DNA of 64,000 nucleotides from a virus (Duplodnaviria; Heunggongvirae; Uroviricota; Caudoviricetes). Each line of letters begins with the position of its first letter. Position 1 is the first letter of the stretch. Positions 19,229-29,548 of this stretch are shown one piece after another. The notes under the pieces were generated by a model. That model was not told the origin of the DNA, ran no database searches, and saw only the letters and a list, made by a program, of their open reading frames with translations. The stretch lies in IMG/VR virus record IMGVR_UViG_3300012979_000028, positions 21,985 to 85,984 of that record, one strand, 5' to 3'. The translations under genes were made by a program, and so were the position numbers.

Positions 19229-19314
19229 TTCCATTATTAAATTTTTCAATCAAATCTGGGTCTAAACTAGCAAACCCCGCGCTCTTTACTTCTGCACTAC
19301 TACATTTATGTTCA
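19229..19314 (-). CDS. family A DNA polymerase exon 3 or duplicated pseudo-exon (...EHKCSSAEVKSAGFASLDPDLIEKFNNGT)
   Basis: Its first ~30 nt are homologous to the start of exon 18771..18883 (AACAYAAATGT...AGTGCRGAAG). Flanked by two near-identical introns. Confidence 0.3.
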
Positions 19315-19650
19315 GGAAAGTTCACTACGCTCTCCCCGTTCTCTTATGAACTGCTATGAGTTCCTTCCCCATAGATCAGACTATATCTTCATCTCTGTTA
19401 CCAGAGAGCTTACCGTTTCGAGTATCAATCGTTTATACTCTACTCCCTTTCGGGATAGTCGTTGAGGTTCTGATTATAGATTAGTTAGTCAGACCAGTTT
19501 TAAATCAAAACCTGCTGATTGACCCTATGATAGAGATTTTTACTGAGGGTGACTAATTCCTCTAGTACTCTACCCTTAACAGGTGTTTCCAGCATTTAGT
19601 AAGTTAGTTTTTCTTAGAATCACTTCTAAGCGACACTAAAATTTAATGTC
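19315..19650 (-). mobile_element. ORF-less group I intron (C+A type)
   Basis: See 18884-19228. P7 CGACUAUCCCGAAAGGGAG / AAGAUAUAGUCUG. Confidence 0.55.
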
Positions 19651-19758
19651 GAAATAGGTCATCACATAATCACAACCACCATAGATTATATTACCATTTT
19701 CATCCCAGCTTGGTGGAGTAACAATACAATCTTTTAGGTCTGCATGCGAAATAATTGT
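19651..19758 (-). CDS. family A DNA polymerase exon 2 (TIISHADLKDCIVTPPSWDENGNIIYGGCDYVMTYF; motif A region)
   Basis: This is the only open frame across the segment between the B-type intron 3' end (...AAAATTG|) and the next intron. Aligns with Klenow DPNLQNIP...YVIVSADYSQIELR. Confidence 0.45.
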
Positions 19759-20034
19759 CAATTTTGTTAATCTTTAAGTTCATTTTCCTTAAAGTTCAGA
19801 CTATATCATCACCCTTTTTATATTGGGTGAGCTGCACTTCGGGATAAGGAATTTCACCTTAAACCTACTCTCTTTCGAGATAGTCGTTACACCTTCTTAT
19901 TTCTAAGCTTGGCACGGTATTGGGAATCTCACCTTTCACCGTTAGCTCTATTTACATTTACATAGAACACCCTAGATTTCTAGGTTCACAGCTTTCTGCA
20001 CTTATAAGTTTCCCTATAAGGCCACAAATTATTT
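19759..20034 (-). mobile_element. ORF-less group I intron (B-type)
   Basis: Starts AAATAATTTGTGGCCTTATAGGGAAAC immediately after exon-1 ...GGATTCCAT. P7 CGACUAUCUC/GAUAUAGUCUG. P9 hairpin CTTTAAGGAAAATGAACTTAAAG. Confidence 0.6.
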
Positions 20035-22566
20035 ATGGAATCCTGAGCTCCATCTTTTAGAACTCTTTGTATTTACTTCATAATGTACAAAACACTTTTC
20101 TACAGCCCCTTGTTCTCCTGGATCTGCTTCTCTTAGTGGAATATGGTCTTCACCTTCGATCACCCACTTATTATTAGCCTTGAACATTCCGTCGATATAA
20201 GTAGAGAGGACTTTAGCATATTTTTTATAGAGAAGATAATTAATAACCAGCTTTCTCATAAATTTAAAATCCTCTTGTAGGTCAGACTCATCGAACGGTT
20301 TGCCATAATCTAGGTATTCTCCATTAACATAACCAAAGAATTGAGCTTGAGCGATAAATCCATTAAAGTTAGACCAGATTTCTTTAACTTGATCTGCATC
20401 TTGAGGAACCACAGTCACTTTTTTAGTACCATCTGCTTTAGTTTTAGTAGAGGTTGAAGTTTTAATAGTTCCTAGGTATTCTCTTGATAGGTTATAAACT
20501 TTTTCTGGATAGTCTCCCAAGTCCTTTCCTTCAGAGTTATAATAGTTTTCTGTAGAAGTTAGGAAATGTTCGAATGCTTTTTCTATACTATCTATTCCTA
20601 GGTTTTGATAGAATTTCTCTGCATCTTTGAGTTGTTGAGTAGAGTCTAGGATAGCAGCAAGGAAAGCAGTTTGATATTTATACAGTTCGGCGAATTCATG
20701 GCATATCAGATCATTTTCCTCTGGGCTAGTACACATAAATAGGTTCTTACTAATATATTCAGAGTATTCACTTAGAGTTAGCCAAGATCCGAATGCATAG
20801 ATTTTATCAGGAATGTTATTAATATCTTTAAGTTGGTTACTAGATATTTTCTTTAGTTCTTTATAAGCTTTTTCATAGTACATATATTTTTCTAGTTCTA
20901 TTAGCTTATTATCCACCTTAATAGAATCTAGTCCAATAAGTGTTTTAATTTTTTCAGCTATAATTCCTAAGATTTTCTTTTTCTTAACAATTCCATCATC
21001 TATCTTAGTTTTCATTTTAACTTCGGTCATAGAACTTCTTACAATATCCATGAAGTCCCCAGCAAAAGTGTCACCATAGCTCATTCTAAGACTACCTTCA
21101 TTTACTCCCGTATCATAAGCATCCATTGTGTCTATGTTAGAAGATAGGATATACTTAGTTATCTCTAGTGGATCAGCATTAAAGAACTTACCGTCACGAA
21201 TTAATTTTTGAGCAACCGGATGGAATTTCTTTATATTAGCCATTTTACTAGAGTGTGTATTCATTTTAATCTTACATCTAGCGGTAGCACAATAAGTTAT
21301 TCCCCAAGCCATCATTTTCAGGGATTCGTTATGATATTGAAGTCTAAAGTTTTCATCAATATACAAACCGCTCGAGTGAAGAAGAGAGCCTAGTCTGGAA
21401 TTATCAAGGAAAGTTTCAAATGCATCAGTACTATATTCATTTTTCTTAGATTCATATAGCATTAGTGTATAGAAAGCATCCAAGTTACAGTAATAGCCTA
21501 AGATATCACTAGGAATACACATAAACGGATTTCCCCAATATTCTAGGATAAGACTTTCGAATTCTTTCACGTAGTTAGGATATCTTGTACTTAGTTCTGT
21601 CCACTCCGGCGTATTCTTGAAATTGCTCTGATCTACCTTAAGAATTTTTTGTCTATCTTTCTTGGTAGTTCCGGTAGTAGTAAATAGCATCTCATCAATC
21701 AAGTCAGAGATTCTATCAAATTCAGTATCCCATGCATTGACTCCTAATATATTTTGAGCTGTCCATTTGAGGGAATATTTCTTCAAGTGATTTCCATCCA
21801 AGACATTAATAGTAGAAGCGTCACAGAGATTATAAAGAGTTACACCAAGCATTCTATGACTAACTTGGAACTCGTACTGCATATTATAGACCCATATCTT
21901 TCTTTGTCTTTTCTCCAAGAATTCACCAAGTCTCTTCAGTAGTTCTAGGTATTCTCCGGGGGTATTATTATGTCTACAATCTGTAAAGCTAATAAATCCA
22001 CCAAACTGAGAATTACATAAAGATGCTCCAGATATTTCAAACCATTTATCCAAGGGCATACCAGAAGCTTCATAGTCAAATCCAAAGTTAGTATCTTCAG
22101 GGAGGCTATCCATATAATTTATCATGTTAATAGACTCCTGAACGTTATGAAGTATTTTGTGTTTAAAGTTGAAATTAACCTGTTGTGTAAATTCTGGAGA
22201 TAAGAAGTAGTTTATATCCTCTTCTTTCGGTTTATCATCTCCAATACATTTCACAAAAGCGCCACCCTCTATGGATAGTCTTTTTAATTTACAACAGTCT
22301 GAGAAGTTTTCATTACGTATACCAAAATGAAAATACTGTCTCAAACATGAAAAAGCACCAGGGTCAGCTAACAATACACCATCCCCAGGCCCTAATGTTT
22401 TTACTAATTTAATTTCTTCGTCAGTGAGTACGGGTATTTCTGATTTTCTACTTGATGTTCTAGCGATTAATATACTTTCACTAGTAGAAATACCATCAAT
22501 GAAAAAATAGTTGTTATTGAAACTACCGTTTTCATCTGAACTTAGAATAATTAATCTTTTGTTCAT
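20035..22566 (-). CDS. family A DNA polymerase, exon 1 (3'-5' exonuclease domain + N-terminal part of polymerase domain)
   Basis: Exo I FGFDYEASGM. Exo III YCNLDAFYTLML. C-terminal part ...KVLSTYIDGM...FVHYEVNTKSSKRWSSG aligns with Klenow KSTYTDKL...HTSYHQAVTATGRLSS. The tracked ORF terminates 3 codons into the intron. Confidence 0.8.
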
Positions 22567-22686
22567 AATTTAAATGGTTTTTATAATATTAATATACACC
22601 TATAAGGAACCTCCTGCTCTTGAATCTACTTTACAAAAAAAAAAAGAAAGAGAAGGACTTTTTTACATCCCTCTCTATAATTAATT

Positions 22687-22986
22687 TTACAAGTAGTCGT
22701 TTGAGAATCTAGTTAGGTCTTCACTCATAGGAATAGAATCTGGTTCAAAGTCCTCATCTATCACCCATTCTTTGGCGATAATATAAGTTCTTTTATCATC
22801 CCCTAGTACTTTTAATACGGGCATAACTGGAGATACGTCTAAGATATGTCCATGTTCAGTGAATTCGAGTAGATCCTTATCATACCACTTAAAATTAATT
22901 CTCATGCCAACTTTAAGACTATCCATATTGTATTTTAAGTTTATGGTTGGTTTAGTTATTACTTTCTTTTTCTTCAGGTTTGTCAT
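22687..22986 (-). CDS. hypothetical protein
   Basis: 99-aa ORF. Confidence 0.45.
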   Translation of the reverse strand: MTNLKKKKVITKPTINLKYNMDSLKVGMRINFKWYDKDLLEFTEHGHILDVSPVMPVLKVLGDDKRTYIIAKEWVIDEDFEPDSIPMSEDLTRFSNDYL

Positions 22987-23671
22987 CAGTTCTTAAGTCG
23001 ATTAGTTTAAATTTTCCAAGTCCGTCCTCAAAATCATATTCACTGCTCTTAGAATCAATCAACAAGTTCCAAGTATCTTCATCATTAACTAGTCTCAAGC
23101 TATAAGTAGTACCTGCCTTATGATGAATATTAGCTTTGTGAATTCTAATCCAGAGTATATTACCATCATTTAACTCAACTGCCATACCAAAGTTACAGCA
23201 ATATTTTAGAGTCTTATCTTGTTCCTTAGATTCCTGTAATGCCTTAATAGATTCTATACTAATTGTTGGTCTAGTTTCCATCAGGTTTTTTACTCTACTT
23301 AGGAACAATTCTCTCTCAGTCATTTCGCAGTGTAGAGAGTATGGAATAAATCTAATCATGTTTCTTGTTTCCTCAGGGTTACCAAAACTAAAACCTTCAG
23401 GAATAATATCAATAACTTTAGTTTCCTCACTACCTTCCAATCTATAGTAGCATTTGTAAGTCATAGTTAGTGGATTAAAGTTACAGATATCTTCAATAAT
23501 AGCGGCTTTATTAGTTACATTCCAGTTATTATTATCGTCTTTTGTAAAGTTTAAACACATAACTGGCTGACCTATATATTCAAGTATAACAGATCCAGGT
23601 AATACCCATTTGTAGCTAGAATGATTAAAGCCGTAGCGATCAATTAAAATTTGTTCTCTTGTTTTTGCCAT
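22952..23671 (-). CDS. hypothetical protein
   Basis: 239-aa ORF. Confidence 0.5.
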   Translation of the reverse strand: MAKTREQILIDRYGFNHSSYKWVLPGSVILEYIGQPVMCLNFTKDDNNNWNVTNKAAIIEDICNFNPLTMTYKCYYRLEGSEETKVIDIIPEGFSFGNPEETRNMIRFIPYSLHCEMTERELFLSRVKNLMETRPTISIESIKALQESKEQDKTLKYCCNFGMAVELNDGNILWIRIHKANIHHKAGTTYSLRLVNDEDTWNLLIDSKSSEYDFEDGLGKFKLIDLRTDDKPEEKESNN

Positions 23672-23675
23672 TGTT

Positions 23676-24290
23676 TTAAATATTTATATCATTTTCTACG
23701 AAGTCTGTCTTAAATTCTCCTGATTCAGTAAAGTATTTCATGTTACTAAGCCAGTCTTTATAATTCATTACCCTAGTTCTAACATAAGCTTTTCCTTTAC
23801 TTTTCCTATAATTGCTTAACTTCAATACCCCTTTTGTATCTTTTATTAGCTTAACGTTAGTAAAAGAACTTGCCATTACACTAAGCATTTTGTAGTAGGG
23901 GTCTTCATTATCAACAGTTTCAGGAGCTCTATTAACAATACCTTTTATAATAACATCCTCTAGAGCTTGTTGTTTTATCGGTATGATTATAGGTCTACCA
24001 TACTCATCAGTTATACACATAGAAATTTTGGCCTCCTTAATGGGATCAACGCCGTAGTTATCTCTATATTGTTTTATTTTCTCTAGAGCATCTTTATTAT
24101 CTTCTGCCCAGTCGTTAATATTAATCTTAGTTCCGAAAAATATACGAGAAGGGTAGTCAAAGTCATCATCCGGTTTTTGAAAATTTTGGATCTCAAGTAC
24201 TAGGTTTGGTGTTTTTCCTAGTTTGTTCCAGAATGTTTTGAGTAATTCTTCAAAAGTTTCTGTATCTACTATGTTCCATTTATAAATCAT
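23676..24290 (-). CDS. hypothetical protein
   Basis: 204-aa ORF. Confidence 0.5.
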   Translation of the reverse strand: MIYKWNIVDTETFEELLKTFWNKLGKTPNLVLEIQNFQKPDDDFDYPSRIFFGTKININDWAEDNKDALEKIKQYRDNYGVDPIKEAKISMCITDEYGRPIIIPIKQQALEDVIIKGIVNRAPETVDNEDPYYKMLSVMASSFTNVKLIKDTKGVLKLSNYRKSKGKAYVRTRVMNYKDWLSNMKYFTESGEFKTDFVENDINI

Positions 24291-24449
24291 TTAAAATTAA
24301 TTATTATTTAGTTTGCTTTTCTAATCATGGCCTGTATAGTATATGGGAAAACTAATACAGACTATTCTACACTTATAAGAATATTCTTCCTCTAGATCGG
24401 CAAATTTATAACATTTCCCTCATATATAGAGAATTAAATAATATTAACT

Positions 24450-24842
24450 ATGAAAAATGAATTTATTATAGACACTCTGAATAGTATAGAGGGTTATAAA
24501 ACTAGATTAAAAGAGATTCACTGGTCTTCTCCTAATATGTGTATTCATGAATTATCTGATGAATTTTCTACAATACTAGGGACTTATGAAGATCAGATTG
24601 CGGAGCTAGCTATTTCTTTATGGGGTGAGATTATGCCTGGAGAGTTAGAGCCTATTTCATCAGGGGACATGGATTTTCTTAACTTACTACAGACAATCTT
24701 AGGAAAAGCAATAGAAGTGAAGAGAAATTGTGAATCAGGGTTAATGTGGACTGGTATAGAAAGCGTTACTGATTCATTTATAGCAGATGTTCAGACCTAT
24801 ATTTTCAAAGTAAGAATGGAATATAAGTCTTTGAAGGATTAA
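24450..24842 (+). CDS. hypothetical protein (plus-strand island)
   Basis: 130-aa ORF. Confidence 0.5.
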   Translation: MKNEFIIDTLNSIEGYKTRLKEIHWSSPNMCIHELSDEFSTILGTYEDQIAELAISLWGEIMPGELEPISSGDMDFLNLLQTILGKAIEVKRNCESGLMWTGIESVTDSFIADVQTYIFKVRMEYKSLKD

Positions 24843-24889
24843 AAAAAGTAGAGAAGGATTTTTATGTCCCTCTCTTTCTTTTTTCTCTC

Positions 24890-25798
24890 TTAAATTACTC
24901 CCTCTGTTATGAGTTTTGTAAATTGCTCCAAGTTTATAAGACAACCACAAGCCCCTGGATGTCCTCCACCATTTTCATAGCTCTTAGATACATATTCACC
25001 ACAATTAAACTCTGGCAATCGATCTGGCTCTTTGTACATTCCTAAGCTAAAGGTTGTTGCTGTTTTTCTCTGAACTACAACATAAATATCATAGTCAGGA
25101 ATTACACTCTCAAACATACTAGAACCAAATTGTGGACTTAACAGAGCGATTCCATTATACCTACCTGCTACTGTAACTGGAAATCCGTAAGTTTTAACCC
25201 AAGTTCTCCAAGTAGCTCTATTATATTCTAGGATGCTTTTGCCTGTATTAATTAAGTATCCTATTATTTTTTGATTAGATATTAAGTCGTTCAAGTTATT
25301 ATAGAGTTTATTAAATTTCAACTCAAACTTAGTCTTAATAGCATACTCGATAGGTAGGGTCTCTTCTTCCCAAGGAAACTTACTTTTATTCCATACATCA
25401 TAAGCTCCAATATACTGAATGATCTTAGGACAAACAGTACCTGGATAAAAGAACTGCCAACATAACTCACAAGCAGCAGTACCATTAACTCTTATTCCTT
25501 GGGCTCCATCGTAACCGTGATTGATAGAATTATTTATAGCAGTACAGTGGTGATCTATCCAAACTAATTTTCCTGAGTCCGCTAGTTCTTTCATTACTTC
25601 AGGTGGGAAAGAGATATCAACCATTACTACCTTATCGAAACTTTGTAATAGGTAATTAGTCTCTGGTATATTATCTCCGTAATTCCAACCTAAGAACTGT
25701 GGCTCAAGTCCTTCAACTTCTGTAAAATATTTTCTTGCTATACTACCTGAAAATAATCCATCGAAATCTACCCTATGATAAATGATTAGTATGTTCAT
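24890..25798 (-). CDS. DHH/DHHA1-family phosphoesterase (NrnA/RecJ-like)
   Basis: N-terminal HRVDFDGLFSG (motif I). WIDHHCT (DHH motif). GGGHPGACG (DHHA1 GGGH motif). Confidence 0.7.
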   Translation of the reverse strand: MNILIIYHRVDFDGLFSGSIARKYFTEVEGLEPQFLGWNYGDNIPETNYLLQSFDKVVMVDISFPPEVMKELADSGKLVWIDHHCTAINNSINHGYDGAQGIRVNGTAACELCWQFFYPGTVCPKIIQYIGAYDVWNKSKFPWEEETLPIEYAIKTKFELKFNKLYNNLNDLISNQKIIGYLINTGKSILEYNRATWRTWVKTYGFPVTVAGRYNGIALLSPQFGSSMFESVIPDYDIYVVVQRKTATTFSLGMYKEPDRLPEFNCGEYVSKSYENGGGHPGACGCLINLEQFTKLITEGVI

Positions 25799-26241
25799 AG
25801 TCCTGTTGCATTAAATTCTAGTCCAGTAATAGATCTTACAATATTCTGAAGTTGGTGTACACTCTTGAAATTACCAGACCCACAGATAGAGTAGCTGTTA
25901 TCTTTAATTTCTACTTTCCAGATTCCATTACTTACAGACACAATCGTCAAAGTATAGAATACATCAGACTTTGTAGGAGAAAATAGCTGAACAATCTTAT
26001 CAACGACAGGCAATTCAGTTACAGAAGTTTTTATCTCTCTATCTGAAAAACCTAGAGCTACAAATATTCTGTTATCGAAGAAGATTAGTGGCTCAAGTTC
26101 ACTATAAGCTCTCTCACTAGTTTCGTCTCCTAGTAAAGTTTTTAGAGTTACAGTGCTTTCCTTGATTTCCACAACCTTCATTCTTTTCAGATCTTTCGGA
26201 GAATTTACTATATCTCCAATCATCAATTCACTTTTATCCAT
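25795..26241 (-). CDS. hypothetical protein
   Basis: 148 aa. 4-nt overlap with the upstream gene. Confidence 0.5.
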   Translation of the reverse strand: MDKSELMIGDIVNSPKDLKRMKVVEIKESTVTLKTLLGDETSERAYSELEPLIFFDNRIFVALGFSDREIKTSVTELPVVDKIVQLFSPTKSDVFYTLTIVSVSNGIWKVEIKDNSYSICGSGNFKSVHQLQNIVRSITGLEFNATGL

Positions 26242-26295
26242 ATTGTATTAATTTATTCATTCGTTTATAAGAGAAAGAGTTGATGTAATCCTTCT

Positions 26296-27180
26296 TTAGT
26301 ACATTTTATCTTGTAACTGAACTGCATCAACATAATCAATTCCACATTTTTCAGCAGAGAGTCTATCAATATTACTCTGTCCTGCAAAACCTGAATTAAC
26401 TCCGATATACACAGCCTCACTCTTACATATTGGAAACTCTGGATTACTAAGGATGAAGTTAATGTGATCTGCTTTTGTAACTCCATCACTCATTACTATA
26501 GCTTGACATGCCAGATGAGAAAAGCCTAGGAATGAACTAAGAGCCATACAGAAGTAACTAAAAGTAGAATTCCACAAGCCTCTATCTCCTCCATAATTTT
26601 TACAAAGGATATAGATTTTCTCTGGGTTATAAGCTCCAATCTTAGTCCATAGTTGTAGTTTAGGTTTAAGATCATAAATACCTCGTGGAACTAATCCTAG
26701 ACTTCCGTTACTGTGTATTGTTTCTGCCACTATATCCTGAAAGTCTGTAATAATAACCTTCTTAGTTCTATCAATCTCGACATCACTACTGTTATTGTTA
26801 TTATTACTATTGTTCCAAGGCATAGTTGTTGTTCCAGTACTTCCCCACATAGGTCTACTTTGCTGTTGTGGTTGAGTCCATGCATTACTACCAGAAGAAC
26901 TACTATTATTCCAACTATTATTTGCTGCAGCTCCCCAAGTTGGTGTTGAAGATTGTGTTATAAAAGGTGTAGTTACCATGCTTCTATTATTAAAATTGTT
27001 TATAATTCTTTTACTATCATCGTCTTCGGTTTCTTCATCCTCTTTTCCTTCGTCGATGTCACTTAAGCTATCTTCATCATCATCGTAATCGTCGTCATCA
27101 TCATCACTGTCATACAATTCACTCGAGTAATCAGGCTTAAGTAAATCTGTTATCTCTTCTTTTTTCTCATGTTTATCCAT
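26296..27180 (-). CDS. hypothetical protein with extremely acidic N-terminal region
   Basis: DSDDDDDDYDDDEDSLSDIDEGKEDEETEDDD, then an S/N/T-rich linker and a C-terminal globular domain. Confidence 0.55.
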   Translation of the reverse strand: MDKHEKKEEITDLLKPDYSSELYDSDDDDDDYDDDEDSLSDIDEGKEDEETEDDDSKRIINNFNNRSMVTTPFITQSSTPTWGAAANNSWNNSSSSGSNAWTQPQQQSRPMWGSTGTTTMPWNNSNNNNNSSDVEIDRTKKVIITDFQDIVAETIHSNGSLGLVPRGIYDLKPKLQLWTKIGAYNPEKIYILCKNYGGDRGLWNSTFSYFCMALSSFLGFSHLACQAIVMSDGVTKADHINFILSNPEFPICKSEAVYIGVNSGFAGQSNIDRLSAEKCGIDYVDAVQLQDKMY

Positions 27181-27201
27181 AAAGTTAATTTTTTAATGAG
27201 T

Positions 27202-28620
27202 TTACCAATTATAAGGTACTAGTGGGATTTCAATTGAACCTGTTTTGCACCTCCACCTAATATTATACTTCTTATTCTCTTGAACTGCTAATCCACAACA
27301 CTGAAATTTATTGATACAGGATAGAGCTAGCCTATAATCTATTAATTTATTAGATAGCTCTGTAAATCTCTCAATAACTTCCGGTCCTGTAGGGTTTTCT
27401 TCCCACTCATTTCTTTTTACAGCAGGAAGAATGTCTGGAGTAATTGTCTCAATGCAGAAAGATTGAACTGTTTCTTTTTTCTCTCTTTCCTTTCCCTTTT
27501 TCTTTTCAGGCTGTTTGGATACTTCACTTCTCTTCTCACAGATTCCATCCACTATACCCAAACTTTCTAAGAACTTCTCCTTTTCAGTTTTCTCATAATC
27601 TTTGCTTTCTAGGTATAGATATTTTTTCCATCTCAGGTCTCTCAATTCTCCTAAGATATTGCCAACTTCACCTAGAATATTAGTTGTATCGAATCTCTTC
27701 CTGCTGTATAATGGGAGTGATTTAAGACTTAGCATGTATTCACCCTCAGTCAACTCTTCCATCTCAATTCCTGTACATTTTAATTTATCATAGACACTAG
27801 GTGAAACTCTGACTGTTAGATAATCTTTCCAGTAATATCCGTCCTTAATTATACACAGATGTCTTTTTCGTACGGTTTCAAATTTACCTTCCGGAATATC
27901 TACTTTATTTTTAGGGATTTCTATTTCAGTAGGGATTAGATAGGCTATACTAATATTACTTCTAATCTTATTTCCTAGCTTTCCGAATCTCACTAATTTT
28001 ACCCAATCACTTTCTTTCAGTTTATTAGATCGGTGTGAAACAATAGTGATATTTCTTACTTCATCTATGTTATAATCACTTCCAAGATTAATAAATACAT
28101 CATCCTCACTTTCCAGCAGAATATTAATTACATCTAAGACATCATACTTTCCACTTTTAAATGCTAATGATTTGTCCTGATAGCTTGCAATGTCTGGTTT
28201 TAGTGCCTTGGCATTTAAGTTAGAAATCCTTTTGTTGTAGAATTGTTTATTAAGATCCTCATTACGTAGACATCTTACCAAAACTTCCATTACCTGAATT
28301 AACTCATACATTTTCTGCCATTCTTTAACTCCTGACACATCTAGTTTGATTAGGTTGATTATTGAAGAAATGACTCTCCTTTCATATTCACTCTTCTCAC
28401 TAATTTTCAAACATATCTCATCACCCTCCTCTAGCGAATATATTTCATCAACACTGTTCAGTTCTCTTTTTATAACCTCACTATCATTTTTATAAAAACT
28501 TACAATCTTGGTAGGAGATAATCCAAAGATATAAAATTTATCACTGTTTACAATTGTATCGACCTCATAAATACTTATCTCCCTGATTCTTAACTTAGAG
28601 TATTCAATATCTATTAACAT
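27202..28620 (-). CDS. hypothetical protein
   Basis: 472-aa ORF. Confidence 0.55.
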   Translation of the reverse strand: MLIDIEYSKLRIREISIYEVDTIVNSDKFYIFGLSPTKIVSFYKNDSEVIKRELNSVDEIYSLEEGDEICLKISEKSEYERRVISSIINLIKLDVSGVKEWQKMYELIQVMEVLVRCLRNEDLNKQFYNKRISNLNAKALKPDIASYQDKSLAFKSGKYDVLDVINILLESEDDVFINLGSDYNIDEVRNITIVSHRSNKLKESDWVKLVRFGKLGNKIRSNISIAYLIPTEIEIPKNKVDIPEGKFETVRKRHLCIIKDGYYWKDYLTVRVSPSVYDKLKCTGIEMEELTEGEYMLSLKSLPLYSRKRFDTTNILGEVGNILGELRDLRWKKYLYLESKDYEKTEKEKFLESLGIVDGICEKRSEVSKQPEKKKGKEREKKETVQSFCIETITPDILPAVKRNEWEENPTGPEVIERFTELSNKLIDYRLALSCINKFQCCGLAVQENKKYNIRWRCKTGSIEIPLVPYNW

Positions 28621-28695
28621 TTGTAAATTAATTTAGTTTAGTTATTAACAATTATAAGGAAAAAAGGCTTTATAAATACACTTGAAATCTTATAA

Positions 28696-29466
28696 GTGTA
28701 CAAATGTAAATTAACTACTATGGATAATTGTAAAAGAGATCTAGTTCTTTGTGGAGATATTCATGGAGACTTAAGAAAACTGGTATGGACTGCAATCAGT
28801 AAGTATAAGATGGAGAATACTGACATCTTAGTTTTAGGTGACTTTGGTGTTGGGTTTGATAAGAAGATATTTGCTGATTATGAAAACGTTGGTCCAAAAT
28901 TAGAGGCTGCTAACATTACTATCTATACTATTCGAGGAAATCATGATGACCCGGGATGGTTTGATGGTACACATGATTTTGATAGGATTAAGTTTTTAAA
29001 AGATTATGAAATTATTAACCTAGGAGATAATCTTGATATTCTTCCTATAGGTGGTGCTAATTCTATAGATATTACGTATAGGTTGGAAGAAAATAAAAAA
29101 CTGGAGAAAAAGAAAAAGAAGTGTTGGTGGGAAGGAGAGGATATTGAAAGACGTGACATAAAAGATATTCCTAAACGGGTGGATCTTATTGTAAGTCATG
29201 AATGTCCTTTATTATTTGAACCTATCCCCACTAGAATAAGTGACTGTCCTTTATGGCAATATGATAAGATACTAAGTTCAAGAGAGTACCTAAAAGATAT
29301 TGCTCTGAATGTAAATACTAATTATTGGTTCTACGGTCACTATCATAAATCTATTTCAGGAGACTTTAGAGATATTAGGTGGAGATGTTTAGATATTATG
29401 GAGTTATATCTAGTTCCAGAAAAGAAGATTACAAACCCTCAGGGAAAACTTTTAGAAACGGAATAA
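28696..29466 (+). CDS. calcineurin-like metallophosphatase (Ser/Thr phosphatase-type)
   Basis: GDIHGD, GDFGVGFD and RGNHD motifs. Confidence 0.75.
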   Translation: MYKCKLTTMDNCKRDLVLCGDIHGDLRKLVWTAISKYKMENTDILVLGDFGVGFDKKIFADYENVGPKLEAANITIYTIRGNHDDPGWFDGTHDFDRIKFLKDYEIINLGDNLDILPIGGANSIDITYRLEENKKLEKKKKKCWWEGEDIERRDIKDIPKRVDLIVSHECPLLFEPIPTRISDCPLWQYDKILSSREYLKDIALNVNTNYWFYGHYHKSISGDFRDIRWRCLDIMELYLVPEKKITNPQGKLLETE

Positions 29467-29548
29467 ATCCTTATATATGAGTTAATAGAAATATATAACG
29501 ACGATTTTACAACAATAACTATATATATGTTGTACGTTGTTTGTGTTT

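Noticed and set aside
16340-20034. CRISPR array possibility for the repeated elements
   Set aside because: Units are 150-350 nt, imperfect, structured and contain group I catalytic-core motifs. There is no short-repeat/spacer periodicity.
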